DNA from: a virus
Strand: one strand, 5' to 3'
Length of the DNA: 64,000 nt
IMG/VR virus record: IMGVR_UViG_3300045282_000083
Location: 3,751 to 67,750 of that record
Shown: in pieces, positions 37,115 to 47,945 of the stretch
Layout: each line of letters begins with the position of its first letter
How positions within the stretch are numbered: the first letter of the stretch is position 1
Program-made: the position numbers and the translations under genes
The notes under the pieces: model-generated
Told to the model about the DNA's origin: nothing
What the model saw: only the letters and a program-made list of their open reading frames with translations
Database searches by the model: none

Positions 37115-37534
37115 TCATTTGTTCCCTCTGATCTCCAAAGACGTTTGGCACTCGCTACCGAAGCCCTCGGCCGCATAGACCGCTTCGTAAGCCCGGTTCA
37201 GCATCCTGGTAGATTCCGCTAATGCCGATACATACCGATTGTTCAATCCGGCCCGCTGGGCTGCGGTGGCAATGAGAAGCAATGCCGACGCTCGCCCCAA
37301 ATCCCCCGCCGCGTCCATCATGGCATTATGCATGGCTGCTCGTGCCCCGAAGTCCGCGTTGGGCATGGAATTATACCAATCCTCCAGGGAATAGAGATAG
37401 CTCTTAATTCCCTGCAAGCGCTCCTGAGCCATCTGCACTGGCGAGCGTAATTGCACTTGATGCTCTGTGCGCATGTGCCCGACAATGTCGGCTGACACTG
37501 GGCTGGGGCAGATTCTAATCTCTAATTCGGTCAT
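37115..37534 (-). CDS. Hypothetical protein
   Basis: GGAGG SD; overlapping chain of early ORFs. Confidence 0.55.
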   Translation of the reverse strand: MTELEIRICPSPVSADIVGHMRTEHQVQLRSPVQMAQERLQGIKSYLYSLEDWYNSMPNADFGARAAMHNAMMDAAGDLGRASALLLIATAAQRAGLNNRYVSALAESTRMLNRAYEAVYAAEGFGSECQTSLEIRGNK

Positions 37535-38171
37535 TTAATGCCTCCGTGATTGCCTTGTTGAGTCGGTCGCGCCACCTGTTTCGCAAGCGAATATCAGGGA
37601 TGCTGGACCGGGTTGTCGTTCGGTAAAGAATACGCCATAGCGTCTGTACGGTATTTTCAACCAAATAGTCCACGTCGATCATAATGGCCTCCTGATACAA
37701 TCCTCTGCTCTGGATACCATTTTTCTCCAAACGAGACTTCTGTTTGCAGGCTGCCAAAGCGAGGCTGTTCCCCAAACCACATTAATCATCTCTATCAACG
37801 CCGCATACGCCGCGTTGTAGATGTCAGATTCTGTCATAATTGCCTCTCGATTAGTTGTCTACAACGACATTCAAGTCTTTCGTATAGATTGAGTCTGGAG
37901 ATTCCGCCTAAATCCATATACCAATTCGCCCATCCATTGTGGGTAAGTCCCACCAGCTGGCTCAGTGCATCTTCACAAACCTTTGATATCCACTTGGCCT
38001 GTTCGTATTCGTTCATAATTGTCCCTCAATTAGACGTTTGGCGCGATCCCTGATTGCGTACCAAGCAGTATTTATGTCTCTCGCGGTCCAGTCAACCGTT
38101 GGCCCATGCAGGGTGATCAGTAGATAGTTGGCCGCTTCACCAGCAACAGCTAGGAGTTGTCCGTGTCCCAT
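37515..38171 (-). other. Chain of four coupled 52-60 aa ORFs (starts 38171, 38016, 37837, 37682), at least partly paralogous
   Basis: Manual translation; three junctions end in ATTATGA. Confidence 0.55.
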
Positions 38172-38907
38172 TATCCCACCTTATGCAATGTTCTGCGTAC
38201 TTATCGACTCCGCCAGGAGTAATCCCTGGCCCAGTGTTGACTTCTAATACAAATAATCCGCCCCACTTGGAACGAACTATATCCACAGCCCCAAAGTCCA
38301 GCCCAAGAGACTCGATAGCCTTCTTGGCCAGATGGTCTAGCCAGGAGAACGGGGATTCGCATTCCACTAGCACCCAGCCCCTATTTTCGCTCCAAATGTT
38401 TGGGTCGTTCTCCACGCCCCGCTTGCGTCGTTTTCTCTGCACGCGAATGACTTCGCCACGGAAAACGTGGACACGGTATTCCTCAAACTTCCGTATCCAT
38501 TGGATGGAATAATCGTACCATTGGGCGTGATAAGGCGGACTTTCTCCTTTTGACACAATGATCGGCCCGTCACTTGCCGCGTGCCGAGTCATTTTTCTGA
38601 ACACACGCTTATAATCGGTCACTTCGTCCCACGGATTCCAGATGTTAAGCTTAGGGATTCTGACACCTTTCTCCTCCATGGTAATCAGCGCCCCCAGCTT
38701 ATGGGAAGCCAACTTGACAGCTTCCCAGCTGTTCAGGGATGTTCCTTGGCAAGGATACTGACTGCCATAACGGACAAACCGTGCGCCAGGACGGCCACGT
38801 GCCCGTCCGCGTGGCTTGCAGAACGATCCTTGCAATTCTGTAATCTTTGCCGCCAAAGCCCTAGCTGACGTGGCAGAGCAATTGGCATAGAGCACGAAGT
38901 CAATCAT
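38137..38907 (-). CDS. ATP-grasp ligase (RimK-like)
   Basis: LNS..AV..ASHK, EYRVHVF, LGLDFGAVDIV, VLEVNTGPG. Confidence 0.9.
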   Translation of the reverse strand: MIDFVLYANCSATSARALAAKITELQGSFCKPRGRARGRPGARFVRYGSQYPCQGTSLNSWEAVKLASHKLGALITMEEKGVRIPKLNIWNPWDEVTDYKRVFRKMTRHAASDGPIIVSKGESPPYHAQWYDYSIQWIRKFEEYRVHVFRGEVIRVQRKRRKRGVENDPNIWSENRGWVLVECESPFSWLDHLAKKAIESLGLDFGAVDIVRSKWGGLFVLEVNTGPGITPGGVDKYAEHCIRWDNGTRTTPSCCW

Positions 38908-39282
38908 CTAAGAACCACGTAATTAGTGTCATCTTGAACGTAGAAGCAGCCGGTGTCTAATAGAATCTTTTGGATTCTACCGTGAAAAACGTCATAACTG
39001 TCGTCAAAATTGCAGCCCATTCGGGTCATTTTGCTCATAATACCGCAAACATAGCATAATTCATCCATACTCACCTCCCGATTAGTTGCGGCGGGCCAAA
39101 GTCATCCATGACGCCGGCCCAGCACATCAAACCGCAGAGACAACCTCAAGCTGGTCGTTGTAGCGGCACCCTTGGTCAAGCAGAGTGCGCCTGGCTCTCG
39201 TCATCCACGTGAACCATTGGGGAACAGCGTACACTCCGAGAAGGTTTTCCAGGGAGTCAGCAGCGTATCTGGCCAGACACAT
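38904..39282 (-). other. Two small ORFs (39282-39127 and 39068-38904) sharing LLDxGCxY
   Basis: Manual translation; both have GGAG-type SDs. Confidence 0.55.
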
Positions 39283-39284
39283 AA

Positions 39285-39899
39285 TCACTCCTTGGCATGA
39301 CGTTCGATGATTTTCTCAAGGACTTCAATGTCCTCCGCCGAGACCTTGTCAGGAACCGTATCTGTTGACCCCAGCACAACTTCCAATTCCTCCATTCTAC
39401 GATCTACTTCCTCCGGTGGCAACTCATTTCCGGTGTCCCAGCAGTACATGCAGGTCGGTTCTTCATCGGGCAAGGGTGGCCAGTCCACAAGCAAATGGTC
39501 GCACTTGCCGCAGGTATATTTGTCGCTAACGAGCATTGTCACCCCTTTTTTGAGTAACGCCTTTATTAGGCGCTTGGATTCCTTCTTGGAATGTCCATCG
39601 CTACGCAGGATGGACAGCATGTGTTGTTTCAACTCCCTATCCTTCACGTATTTCTTCTGGAGTCCACTTTTGCATATGCCGCACAGACAATTCGCGGCAT
39701 GGTGTTGTCGCTTGCCCGTAGAGGCGATAGTTTTCGTAGCGTGACTCACTTCTAATCCTCCGGGTTCTGTCTGCGAAAACGAACCGTTCCAAGCGGCGAC
39801 GGACTCTTCTTCTCCTGGCTGCAATTTCCGCCGCCGAAAGAAGTAGCTCGAAAACTTCTTGGACCACATTAAACCTCCAAGGGAACCATGTATTCCCAT
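39285..39899 (-). CDS. Hypothetical Cys-rich (zinc ribbon) protein; start uncertain
   Basis: H..NCLCGIC, CGKC and CMYC clusters. Confidence 0.5.
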   Translation of the reverse strand: MGIHGSLGGLMWSKKFSSYFFRRRKLQPGEEESVAAWNGSFSQTEPGGLEVSHATKTIASTGKRQHHAANCLCGICKSGLQKKYVKDRELKQHMLSILRSDGHSKKESKRLIKALLKKGVTMLVSDKYTCGKCDHLLVDWPPLPDEEPTCMYCWDTGNELPPEEVDRRMEELEVVLGSTDTVPDKVSAEDIEVLEKIIERHAKE

Positions 39900-40159
39900 A
39901 AATAGCTGTTCTTGTCAAAGGCACACCGATAGGAATGCCTCCTCTTGCCCCATTTGCAGAACTTCATGCCAGCGACAACTTTGACAATGGCCGCTCCGTC
40001 TTTGAAGCCGTTCCAAAATCCTTTAATTAGCCTACCTTGGCGAACGCTGTATATCTTTTTGGTTCGCCTCTTGCCGCCACGGTCTAGCCGGATTGCTTTG
40101 TTGTCCACCAGCGCCAGTAACCTTACTTCCTTGTAAGGAGCCAACTCATTGAGCTTCAT
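39869..40159 (-). CDS. Hypothetical basic protein
   Basis: AAGGAG SD. Confidence 0.6.
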   Translation of the reverse strand: MKLNELAPYKEVRLLALVDNKAIRLDRGGKRRTKKIYSVRQGRLIKGFWNGFKDGAAIVKVVAGMKFCKWGKRRHSYRCAFDKNSYLWEYMVPLEV

Positions 40160-40167
40160 AACACTCC

Positions 40168-40560
40168 TTAGAAAGGAACCTCAGGCTGCACGTTCCCACC
40201 TCTGGCAATGACGTTCTCCACATCTCTCCGGAACATGGTGAACGTATTGTCGCTGTCAATCGCTTCCCTGTCGGTGATTTCGTCCGCCTCCTTCTCGGGT
40301 TTCAGCGTTACGCCAATGTACACGCCAAACCGGAAAGCGCTGGCTGGCAGGAGATAGCCATTCTCAGGAATGCCTTTCATGGCATAAACCAGGGCGTGAG
40401 TTTTGCCATTGTACCTTGACCGGCCAAGCCATTTGCATTCGATTTTGGTTCCTTTCCGCAGACTGACCGCCCTACTCCGTTGGTCAACGACCGTCGTGTC
40501 TTTGATTACGGTAGCGTGTACGGTCCTTCCACGCTTGATGTCTTTGTCGTGCAATTGCAT
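40168..40560 (-). CDS. Hypothetical protein
   Basis: AGGAGG SD; ends EVPF. Confidence 0.65.
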   Translation of the reverse strand: MQLHDKDIKRGRTVHATVIKDTTVVDQRSRAVSLRKGTKIECKWLGRSRYNGKTHALVYAMKGIPENGYLLPASAFRFGVYIGVTLKPEKEADEITDREAIDSDNTFTMFRRDVENVIARGGNVQPEVPF

Positions 40561-40630
40561 ATTATCCTCCTATGTCCGCTGGGTTAGGCCATCGCCGTCC
40601 GGCTGGTGGGCACAGCCGGTCAGCGAGGGT

Positions 40631-41629
40631 CTACATCACGAGTTTAGCGAATTCGGCAGACACTTCAAGCAGGGTTGGCTCACTGATTTTGTCCTTGATC
40701 TGCTGAAGAGTGCCACGAAACGTGTCCGCAGACAGTGCATTAGCCTTATTCCGAGCCGCAATGACCTTTTCCCGAAGTATCCTCCGGTTAAGTGCCCGTG
40801 CGGTGGCGTTGTCGCAAAACAACTCGCCTTGCAAATCGTCCCTTGGTCCGTCATCGTTGGCGGGCAATTCATCGGCCTGACACCCTAATTCCTCTACGTC
40901 GTTTTTGCCGTAGTTGGTGGCCGTTTGGGACTTTTTTGTTTCCTGTTCGTAATACTCCTTCCAGGAAGCCGCACAGTGCGCGTCACGCAAGTAGGTGCTG
41001 CGGTCCTCGCAGCCTACTGCGCGGTGCACGTTGTTGTAATACGTGGCATGGCTGACACGGCCATCATAGCCGGTGTAAATCTTGGTCCCCCAGGGCTTGT
41101 ACGTGTCGTTGGAGTACCAAATGCCGTCGTCCCATGTGCCCTGCTTCTCATTGATGATAGTGGTTTTGCCTTGACCATCCATGATGACCAGCTTGGAGTG
41201 GCCGATGTAGTCAGAGATAAACTCCCTGATAGCGGCGTTGCGGTGAAAATTCCTGGGCAGAATCTTCAGCATCGTGTCCACGAATACCCGCGTATCGCTC
41301 TTGTTCTTGTCATTGGCATACGCACATCGGCCAATGATGCCGTTGTGGGCCAAGGCCAACTGGCCATGCTGAGGAATTAGGAATGGATGGCAGTTGTCCA
41401 AATCCGTGGTGCCATGCGTGGCGATACGGGCGTGGAAGACCACGGGCACACGGAGATTGCGGAACCAACTCCAATTCTGGCGGAACTCCTCCGCTTTCAT
41501 GCCCTTCATGATCTGAAGCTTGCCCTCCGCTGGCCACATGGCTCCCCAGCCGTCCTTGTTCCTGTCCATGGCAGCCGCAAGATGATTCTTGGGGATATTG
41601 CCCTCCGGGGAGTAAATGATTATGCACAT
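40631..41629 (-). CDS. Class II (Ntn) glutamine amidotransferase
   Basis: N-terminal MC, NKDGWG, HARIATHG, HPF, HNGII, SDTR, WYSN. Confidence 0.92.
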   Translation of the reverse strand: MCIIIYSPEGNIPKNHLAAAMDRNKDGWGAMWPAEGKLQIMKGMKAEEFRQNWSWFRNLRVPVVFHARIATHGTTDLDNCHPFLIPQHGQLALAHNGIIGRCAYANDKNKSDTRVFVDTMLKILPRNFHRNAAIREFISDYIGHSKLVIMDGQGKTTIINEKQGTWDDGIWYSNDTYKPWGTKIYTGYDGRVSHATYYNNVHRAVGCEDRSTYLRDAHCAASWKEYYEQETKKSQTATNYGKNDVEELGCQADELPANDDGPRDDLQGELFCDNATARALNRRILREKVIAARNKANALSADTFRGTLQQIKDKISEPTLLEVSAEFAKLVM

Positions 41630-42480
41630 GACGGAACCTCCTGGTCTTCGAGATGCTGGAGCACACGCAACTCCAAAAGATACTTCGTGAGATTAGGATA
41701 CGTGGTGGAATGGCGACCGACGTAGTTCGCAAAAGCCGAGTCAAGCTTACCTGGCTTGTGCAGCTTGGTGGAGATAACTTCTTTGTAATCCACGTTCCGC
41801 GTGAACTCTACCGCCGCAATCACTGCTTCGATGGCTTTCCTGACACGGTCCTCCCGCATGTTTCCCCGGAAGATGCGAACTTCCAGGGTATTGGCGGTGA
41901 TGTTTGTAGCAATGTAGCGAGTGTCCTGGTAGCCAATCGTGTGAAAGGTGGCTGCCTTCACGTCCACCTGCCGTGCCCATTGCCCGCATGTTTCCTTGTC
42001 TCGCTGGGACAGCCGTTGGAATAACGCCCCGTTGATAAGCTTGGCGAACCAATACAGGTGCTTCCTACGCAATTGCCTCCTGGCAATCTGGCCGGCATTG
42101 ATATTCCTGCGAATTTGGATACCTTCGAAAGCTGGCCAGGAAACGTGGATATGCAATCCACATCGGCCGGACGTATGGGAAGTATACCCCATCTTCCGTA
42201 GCTCGTCAATAAGCTTGAAGAACGCCCCAACAGGTGTTTTCTTGGGGCGTTGCTGAAGCCACAGCTTTCGGGAGATTGGTTGAGTAACCAACTCCCAGCC
42301 ATATGAACTCAAGCTGCCATCGTGCTTGGCAAAGCACCACTTGGGTTGCTTGAGAACCCCTAGACCGTCACATTTCCCTTGGCTGTCCTTAGCTTCCACT
42401 TCTAGCTCAATCCCCAGCCAATACGAATCTTTCCCAAAGAAACGTATGCTGGGTTTGTAGTCATGTTCATGCTGACGCAT
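41620..42480 (-). CDS. Putative amidoligase (glutamine synthetase-like COOH-NH2 ligase)
   Basis: GIELEVE, HDGSL, WELVTQP, CGLHIH, RY, TLEVRIFRG. Confidence 0.9.
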   Translation of the reverse strand: MRQHEHDYKPSIRFFGKDSYWLGIELEVEAKDSQGKCDGLGVLKQPKWCFAKHDGSLSSYGWELVTQPISRKLWLQQRPKKTPVGAFFKLIDELRKMGYTSHTSGRCGLHIHVSWPAFEGIQIRRNINAGQIARRQLRRKHLYWFAKLINGALFQRLSQRDKETCGQWARQVDVKAATFHTIGYQDTRYIATNITANTLEVRIFRGNMREDRVRKAIEAVIAAVEFTRNVDYKEVISTKLHKPGKLDSAFANYVGRHSTTYPNLTKYLLELRVLQHLEDQEVPSCA

Positions 42481-42573
42481 GACTAAACCCTCGCAACATA
42501 GGCCAGCCAACCCGGCCACAGGCGAGGGGCTGGTGGGACAGCCGCTCACATGGGGTCGAAATCGAACCAAACA

Positions 42574-42601
42574 AACATACCACAAAAACGCGGGAAGTCA
42601 A
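42574..42601 (-). promoter_or_regulatory. Early promoter driving the amidoligase operon
   Basis: TTGACT-16-TATGTT with extended TG; near-duplicate of 44210-44237. Confidence 0.75.
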
Positions 42602-44209
42602 ATCAAATTATCCTTCTCCCCCGTAGTCTCGCAATATGCTGTCAAAGTGATCCGGATTAGGCCGCTGGACGAGGACGTTGTACAATGTCTCACCGTCCTT
42701 GAGACGGATGGCGGTGATTTTCCCATAGACGATGCTGCCGTCAGCCATTTCGACCGGGATAATGTCCCCTACTTGCATTTGTTGCCCCCCTTGGAACGCC
42801 ATTTGATTGCTTCAGCTTCTAGGAACCTGCGATGGAACTTCCGCAGCCAGTTTTCCATGCCGTTTCGATTCAGGCGCCGCGTGGAGATATGCTCCAATAC
42901 GCTGGCGACGGTCTGATCGGACAGCGGATTCTTGGGGTCGCTCGGCGTGAAGTCTGTTGATGCATAGACAACAGCTGGACCAACATAGCTGCTACGGCTT
43001 CTAACGCCATTGCTGGCCAAGTCTGAAGCTTTCCTTGTACCCCCTGGATAGCCGGTCAGCACAATGTGCATTGTCTGCTGGCTGGCTTCGTCCAATTGTC
43101 CAGACGGATAGGCCATGGATAACGAAAACGATGGCCCATTTTCATACGGACGCATACGTATCATCCGCGTTTTCATCGCGTACTCTCCTTTAAGCAGGCG
43201 AACAGCAAAAACGCACACACTAAGAACGCGACCAGATAGTCCACGTACAATTCTCCTTGCCCGGCACTGGGCGTGATGCCCCACGTTCACCATGGGACAT
43301 CACCCAAGGTCGCAACAAGCGCCCCTGGCTCCAGGGTGCATCAAAACCATTCCAAAATGGATTGTTCTTCCAGTCCTTGGTATTCCACGTATTCCGCGTT
43401 GGTAACTGGCAGCCCTTCTGTGAATATTCCAGAGGCCAACGCATCCTCCCCGCAGCCGTGGCAAAGGTAAATCGGGTACTTGCTGTCCACGGTCAGGTTG
43501 GTGAACGGCCGGACATTGTGACGCCGGCAACGTCCGTGGCAAGCTGGACAGTGGGCATCAGAGCATTCACAAGTCATGACTATACCTCCGACGTAGGTTC
43601 AGGAATGTGCTTAATCCATTTGCAATCCTTAACGTACAGGAAATCTTCCCCTGTACCCATGATTTCGCAAGTGTCGTTTTCTTCCCAGAGCACGACCTGA
43701 AGCCGGTTGCTCCACTTGTCCTTGACCCACCAGTAGCCAACTTTGTCAGGCATGTTCCCTCCTCGCGGGGTAAATGGTCCACAGAGCGATGTTAAGCAGA
43801 CAGAACGCCAGGAAATCGAACGTCCCCGATGCTATCGTATGAAACGTGCCGATGAGCAGCAAGGCGACAGACAAGGCTTGCATAGCGCCTCCTTAATGCA
43901 CTGGCCATACTCCCGGTGGGCCGGGAGAGTAGCGAAAGCATTACTAGGGCAGGCAGATCGTGGCCGGATTGAGCCACACTTTTGTCAATTCGGCTGCCAT
44001 TTTGTTAAGCTCGTCCGCCTCCTTGGCAAAAAAACCAGGATCGTTGCCACGTCCGATTGCAGCGTCACTGACATCCTCCTTGACTTGGGCAAACACCTCC
44101 ACGGACAAGTTGCGGAACTTGCTTATAAGTTCCAGGAGTTCAGAGGACAGAGATTGGGCTTTTTTTGCAAGGCTCATAATAGCTCCAAAGAAAAGTTTCC
44201 GAACGAACA

Positions 44210-44237
44210 AACATACCACAAAATCCGCGAAAGTCAA
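44210..44237 (-). promoter_or_regulatory. Early promoter
   Basis: TTGACT-16-TATGTT with an AT-rich UP region. Confidence 0.75.
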
Positions 44238-45648
44238 GAAAATTTTTCAGTGTACAGCCATCGTCCTTGGCCAATGGAGTTCCAGCGGCATAACACCGCA
44301 TGGAACTCTTCCTCCGCACGCAAGCACACTTCGCCCGTGCCTGTGCGTCCTGTTGGGATGTGCAGCCAATTAAAGGCAAATAGTCTTCTCATGTTCATGC
44401 CTTTCTGTTCACCTTCCGGTCTATATCGGCAAACCACATTGACCGTTTAATGCGCTTGCACAAGTGCCTAATCATGTCCTTGCCCCACGGATAGAGAGGG
44501 CTAAATTGTAGGCACTGTTGTTTAATGGCCTTGCGCACCTGGGGGTCCAAGCCTTCATAGTGGCTCAAGGCGCACAAAATAGTGCATATGTCTTTGTCGT
44601 TTAGACTGATCTTGTAGTCCATGTCACGTTCCTGCCTTTCTGGGAACCAGCTGTTCGCTGTACCCCCAAACGTAATTGCCGTTCTCCAGGCGTATACCGT
44701 ATTGCTTGCGCCCCTTCCATTCGCTAATCTGCTTGACGTTGCCACGTACAGAGAATTCCTTGGCATAGAGACCACGGAACCACACGGGGGCGTTGAGAGC
44801 GAACTCGCTCTTTAGCGGCCGGCCAGGGTAGCAGCCTAGCCAAAGCAGGTAATTACGGTATTCCAGCGCCTCAGCAGGCCCAAAACGCTGGCGAATATCG
44901 TATAGCTGTTGGGATAACAGCCAGCGTGTGCCGGGCCGGCTTATCCACGTTGCCGCCCATGTAGAAAACAGTTTGTCCTTGGGGGCATAGCGCCCTATTA
45001 TAGCTTCACCCATATGTCCTCCGTCTGGCGCGGGGCGCCACCCAAGCGCACTTGGATGGCACCACGAGTCACAACGAGTGGTCGTGCGGAACAACTTCGA
45101 ACCTATCAGCATCCCATACGTAGGGATAATATGGCGACCCATCTGGCTCTAGAATGTACGACGCTTTGGTTATTTTGGTCGGACTAATGGCATAATCCGT
45201 GCCACGTTCTACTTGGACTGCCACAGTATAAACACGGCCAACTGTCAGCCCTGCTGATTGGTGGCCACGGATGCACTTGACCTTAAGATACCTGGTCATT
45301 ATCAACCTCCTCTATGAATGAGTAAATCGCCGCAACGGCAATACATACGATGATTGTCACGGATACCAACGGTTCCATGATTCGCCCCTTATTCCCAAAT
45401 TGGTGTAGCGTGGCAGAACGCCTGCAACGCTGGATGTCCTGTTGGATTGACAATATCTTTGGCAATCTTCTCCGCATGCCTGGCACTAACTATGCCTTGT
45501 ACGGCACTGTCCAGATAGAACAAGGGTATCTGATGGTACATAGTGCCATGGATATCCTTGCTCTCCACTGAAGCGTAAATGGCGTACTTCATTGTCCCTC
45601 CGGGTTATGCACTCTCCGCAAGGCCGGGTCCCCCGGCCAAGCAGAGAA

Positions 45649-45677
45649 AGCATAGCACGCTTTCTTGGTTTTGTCAA
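45649..45677 (-). promoter_or_regulatory. Early promoter
   Basis: TTGACA-17-TATGCT with extended TG. Confidence 0.75.
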
Positions 45678-47216
45678 GCAAACACTTTGGCCGCTTGTGG
45701 CGTAGTTACGGTGAAGCTCGTCGCCTTAGGGAAATATCGCGCCAGGCTGACAAGCTTCCGCCCCACATAGCCTTCCGAGGCGTGGGTGGTGTAAATGGCG
45801 GTCTTTCCAATGTTGACCGAAATACCGAACGACCGGCCCAATCCGTAGGGCAGCCGCACGTCGCGACCCTTGGGCGTTTTGACACGGGGCGTTTTGACGC
45901 GAGTGAACATACGTACCTCCTTCAGGGTTAGAGCCGGGGCGTATGGGGAGCGTCCAATCTCCCCAAGCACCACGTACCTAATCCTTTGGAACGAAGATAC
46001 ACCCCGTGCCAACATTCACAGCGACCAATGGTCGCGGAATAGCAGGACTTTTAGGGGGGCGGAGTAAGCAATACCACTCAGTGCCAATCCTAACCCTGCC
46101 GTTAGGACGCCACCCGTGCCTCATGGCACGCCCCATAGTTTTTACATAATCCGTACGCCCTCCTTTCGGCCAAGGATACACATCGTCAAGCGTCAGGCCG
46201 CTTGCTAGGGCATTAGCCCTAGTGTCCGGCTGGTGGTGGCGGGGTGTCCGAACCCCATCGCCACTAGTCGCAACACGGAATTACTGGCGGGGTTAGGGCG
46301 TACCATTGCCCTGTATAGAATACCCCATTGAGCCTACAGCACACCACTACAGCTATCCCGTCTTGCGGTTCGCACTGATTACGCACTGGATTCCATGCGT
46401 AGCGGGTAAACCAGGTTAGCATACTCCCTCCGGGATAATTGGCGGTGATACAGCCAGTGCACTAAACCACTGGCCACGGTTATTATGCCACACTACGCCC
46501 AACCAGTAGCTATCCTGGTGTGGGACCATGTACAACGTCCACGGATTGTCATTCATAGCACGTACCCTCCAAGAGCACAATAAGCTCCTAACTCCGATCC
46601 GGCACTGGGCGTGATGCCGGGTGGGGCGTGGATCAAACACGCATCCTACTGCCCGGCATCGCACCTAGGGTCGCAATCACTCCCAGTAAACGCCACCTAA
46701 CGCACCACGTACTTTGACCAGGCCAAGGGAACGCATGGCCTCATCGCGGGCCTTGCGGCGTTCACGCTGTTTGGCTAGACGCTCAAGCCTCTTGGCCACG
46801 TCGGCGGTCAGGCCGGGCACGCACCCTGCCTCAAGCATGGCATACTCCGTAGCGGACAATCGTTCACTCATGGCGATACTCCGTGGGTTCTGTGCTGGCC
46901 CTATGGCCGTATCCGGCCAAGGGGCGAGAACAGGGCATCCTTGCCCCGCACGGAGTTAGTTCATCACCGTATCGCATACCGATGCATGCGGCGTGGCACC
47001 TTCCACTGTCCACCCACTAATAGCGGCCTCTTGCATGGCCTCTGCGGCCGACACATAGTACAGCGTAACCCACTGTCGGCCAATGAAGCCAAAGAGGCGG
47101 TACTTGAGGTATGGGTGCCATGGTGCCGGGCCTAGTTTCACTGTATGCATAGCTGTACTCCGTGGTATACTGCACTGGCCATCACCCCAGTGGGCTGGGG
47201 TGGTAGCCATGGCAGG

Positions 47217-47627
47217 CTACTTGGCGGCGACAAGCTGCTTGCCATTCTGGCTGGCCTTGTACGCTGCCTCTTCCGCGTCACGCTTGGCCTTCTGTGCCCG
47301 CAGGATGGCCTGCACTTCCGGTGTGCCAGTGGCAGCCGCTACGCTGGCTTCGCTGCCCTTCTCCAGGCCCTTCGACGCCTCTGCCTGGCTCTCCGTGGGC
47401 AACTCCTTGCTGCCGACCAAGGTGATGTTCAGGCCGACCTGGCACGTCACGGGCACGCCGTCCACGGTGATCTGCACTTTCTGGCTCAGGTTCCAGCCCA
47501 GGCTGTCCGTGGCGAACTGCCGTGGCGACAGGGTGAAGTCCTGCCCTGCGATACGCACGATGACGTTGGTGGCCTTGGCGGTGAACTGCTTGCGGCTGAC
47601 GGGGCACGTGGTCTTGGTGAAGCTCAT
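47217..47627 (-). CDS. Early protein with a compact beta domain (KTTCPVSR...GWNL...QVGLNITLVGSK)
   Basis: GGAG SD; strongly GC3-biased codons; function unknown. Confidence 0.75.
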   Translation of the reverse strand: MSFTKTTCPVSRKQFTAKATNVIVRIAGQDFTLSPRQFATDSLGWNLSQKVQITVDGVPVTCQVGLNITLVGSKELPTESQAEASKGLEKGSEASVAAATGTPEVQAILRAQKAKRDAEEAAYKASQNGKQLVAAK

Positions 47628-47917
47628 ACTACTCTCCGTTAGGGTACTGGTGCACTGGCTGTAGGGCTGGTGGGCCAGCCCAGCGGCCATGGCACTAGCG
47701 TGCCTCTTCCATGCGGCTGGCAAGGTCGTCATGGAACTCCTGGTCGGCACGCTTGGCGTAGACCTTGTCAAGCGATACGTACCGTGCCAGGCGTTCAGCC
47801 GGTGTGGGGCTAGGCACATTGTGCTTGATGGTGTACAGCGTGGTGGTGATCTTCACGGCATATCTCCGTCCGGCAACCGGCCGGGTCAGGTCGGGCCGAA
47901 TTTCGGCCGACACCGGA

Positions 47918-47945
47918 AGCATAGCACACTTTTTTTGCCTGTCAA
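47918..47945 (-). promoter_or_regulatory. First early promoter
   Basis: TTGACA-16-TATGCT with an upstream A tract. Confidence 0.75.

Larger units (their letters stand above)
42608..47856 (-). other. Early region: about 20 small hypothetical ORFs (e.g. starts 43176, 43577, 43753, 43883, 44177, 44622, 45013, 45592, 45910, 46556, 46871, 47150, 47856)
   Basis: Most have strong GGAG(G) SDs and are separated by promoters and hairpins. Confidence 0.65.

Noticed and set aside
40599-47700. CRISPR-like array from the repeated hairpins
   Set aside because: Copies are irregularly spaced, separated by whole genes and not identical; no cas genes.
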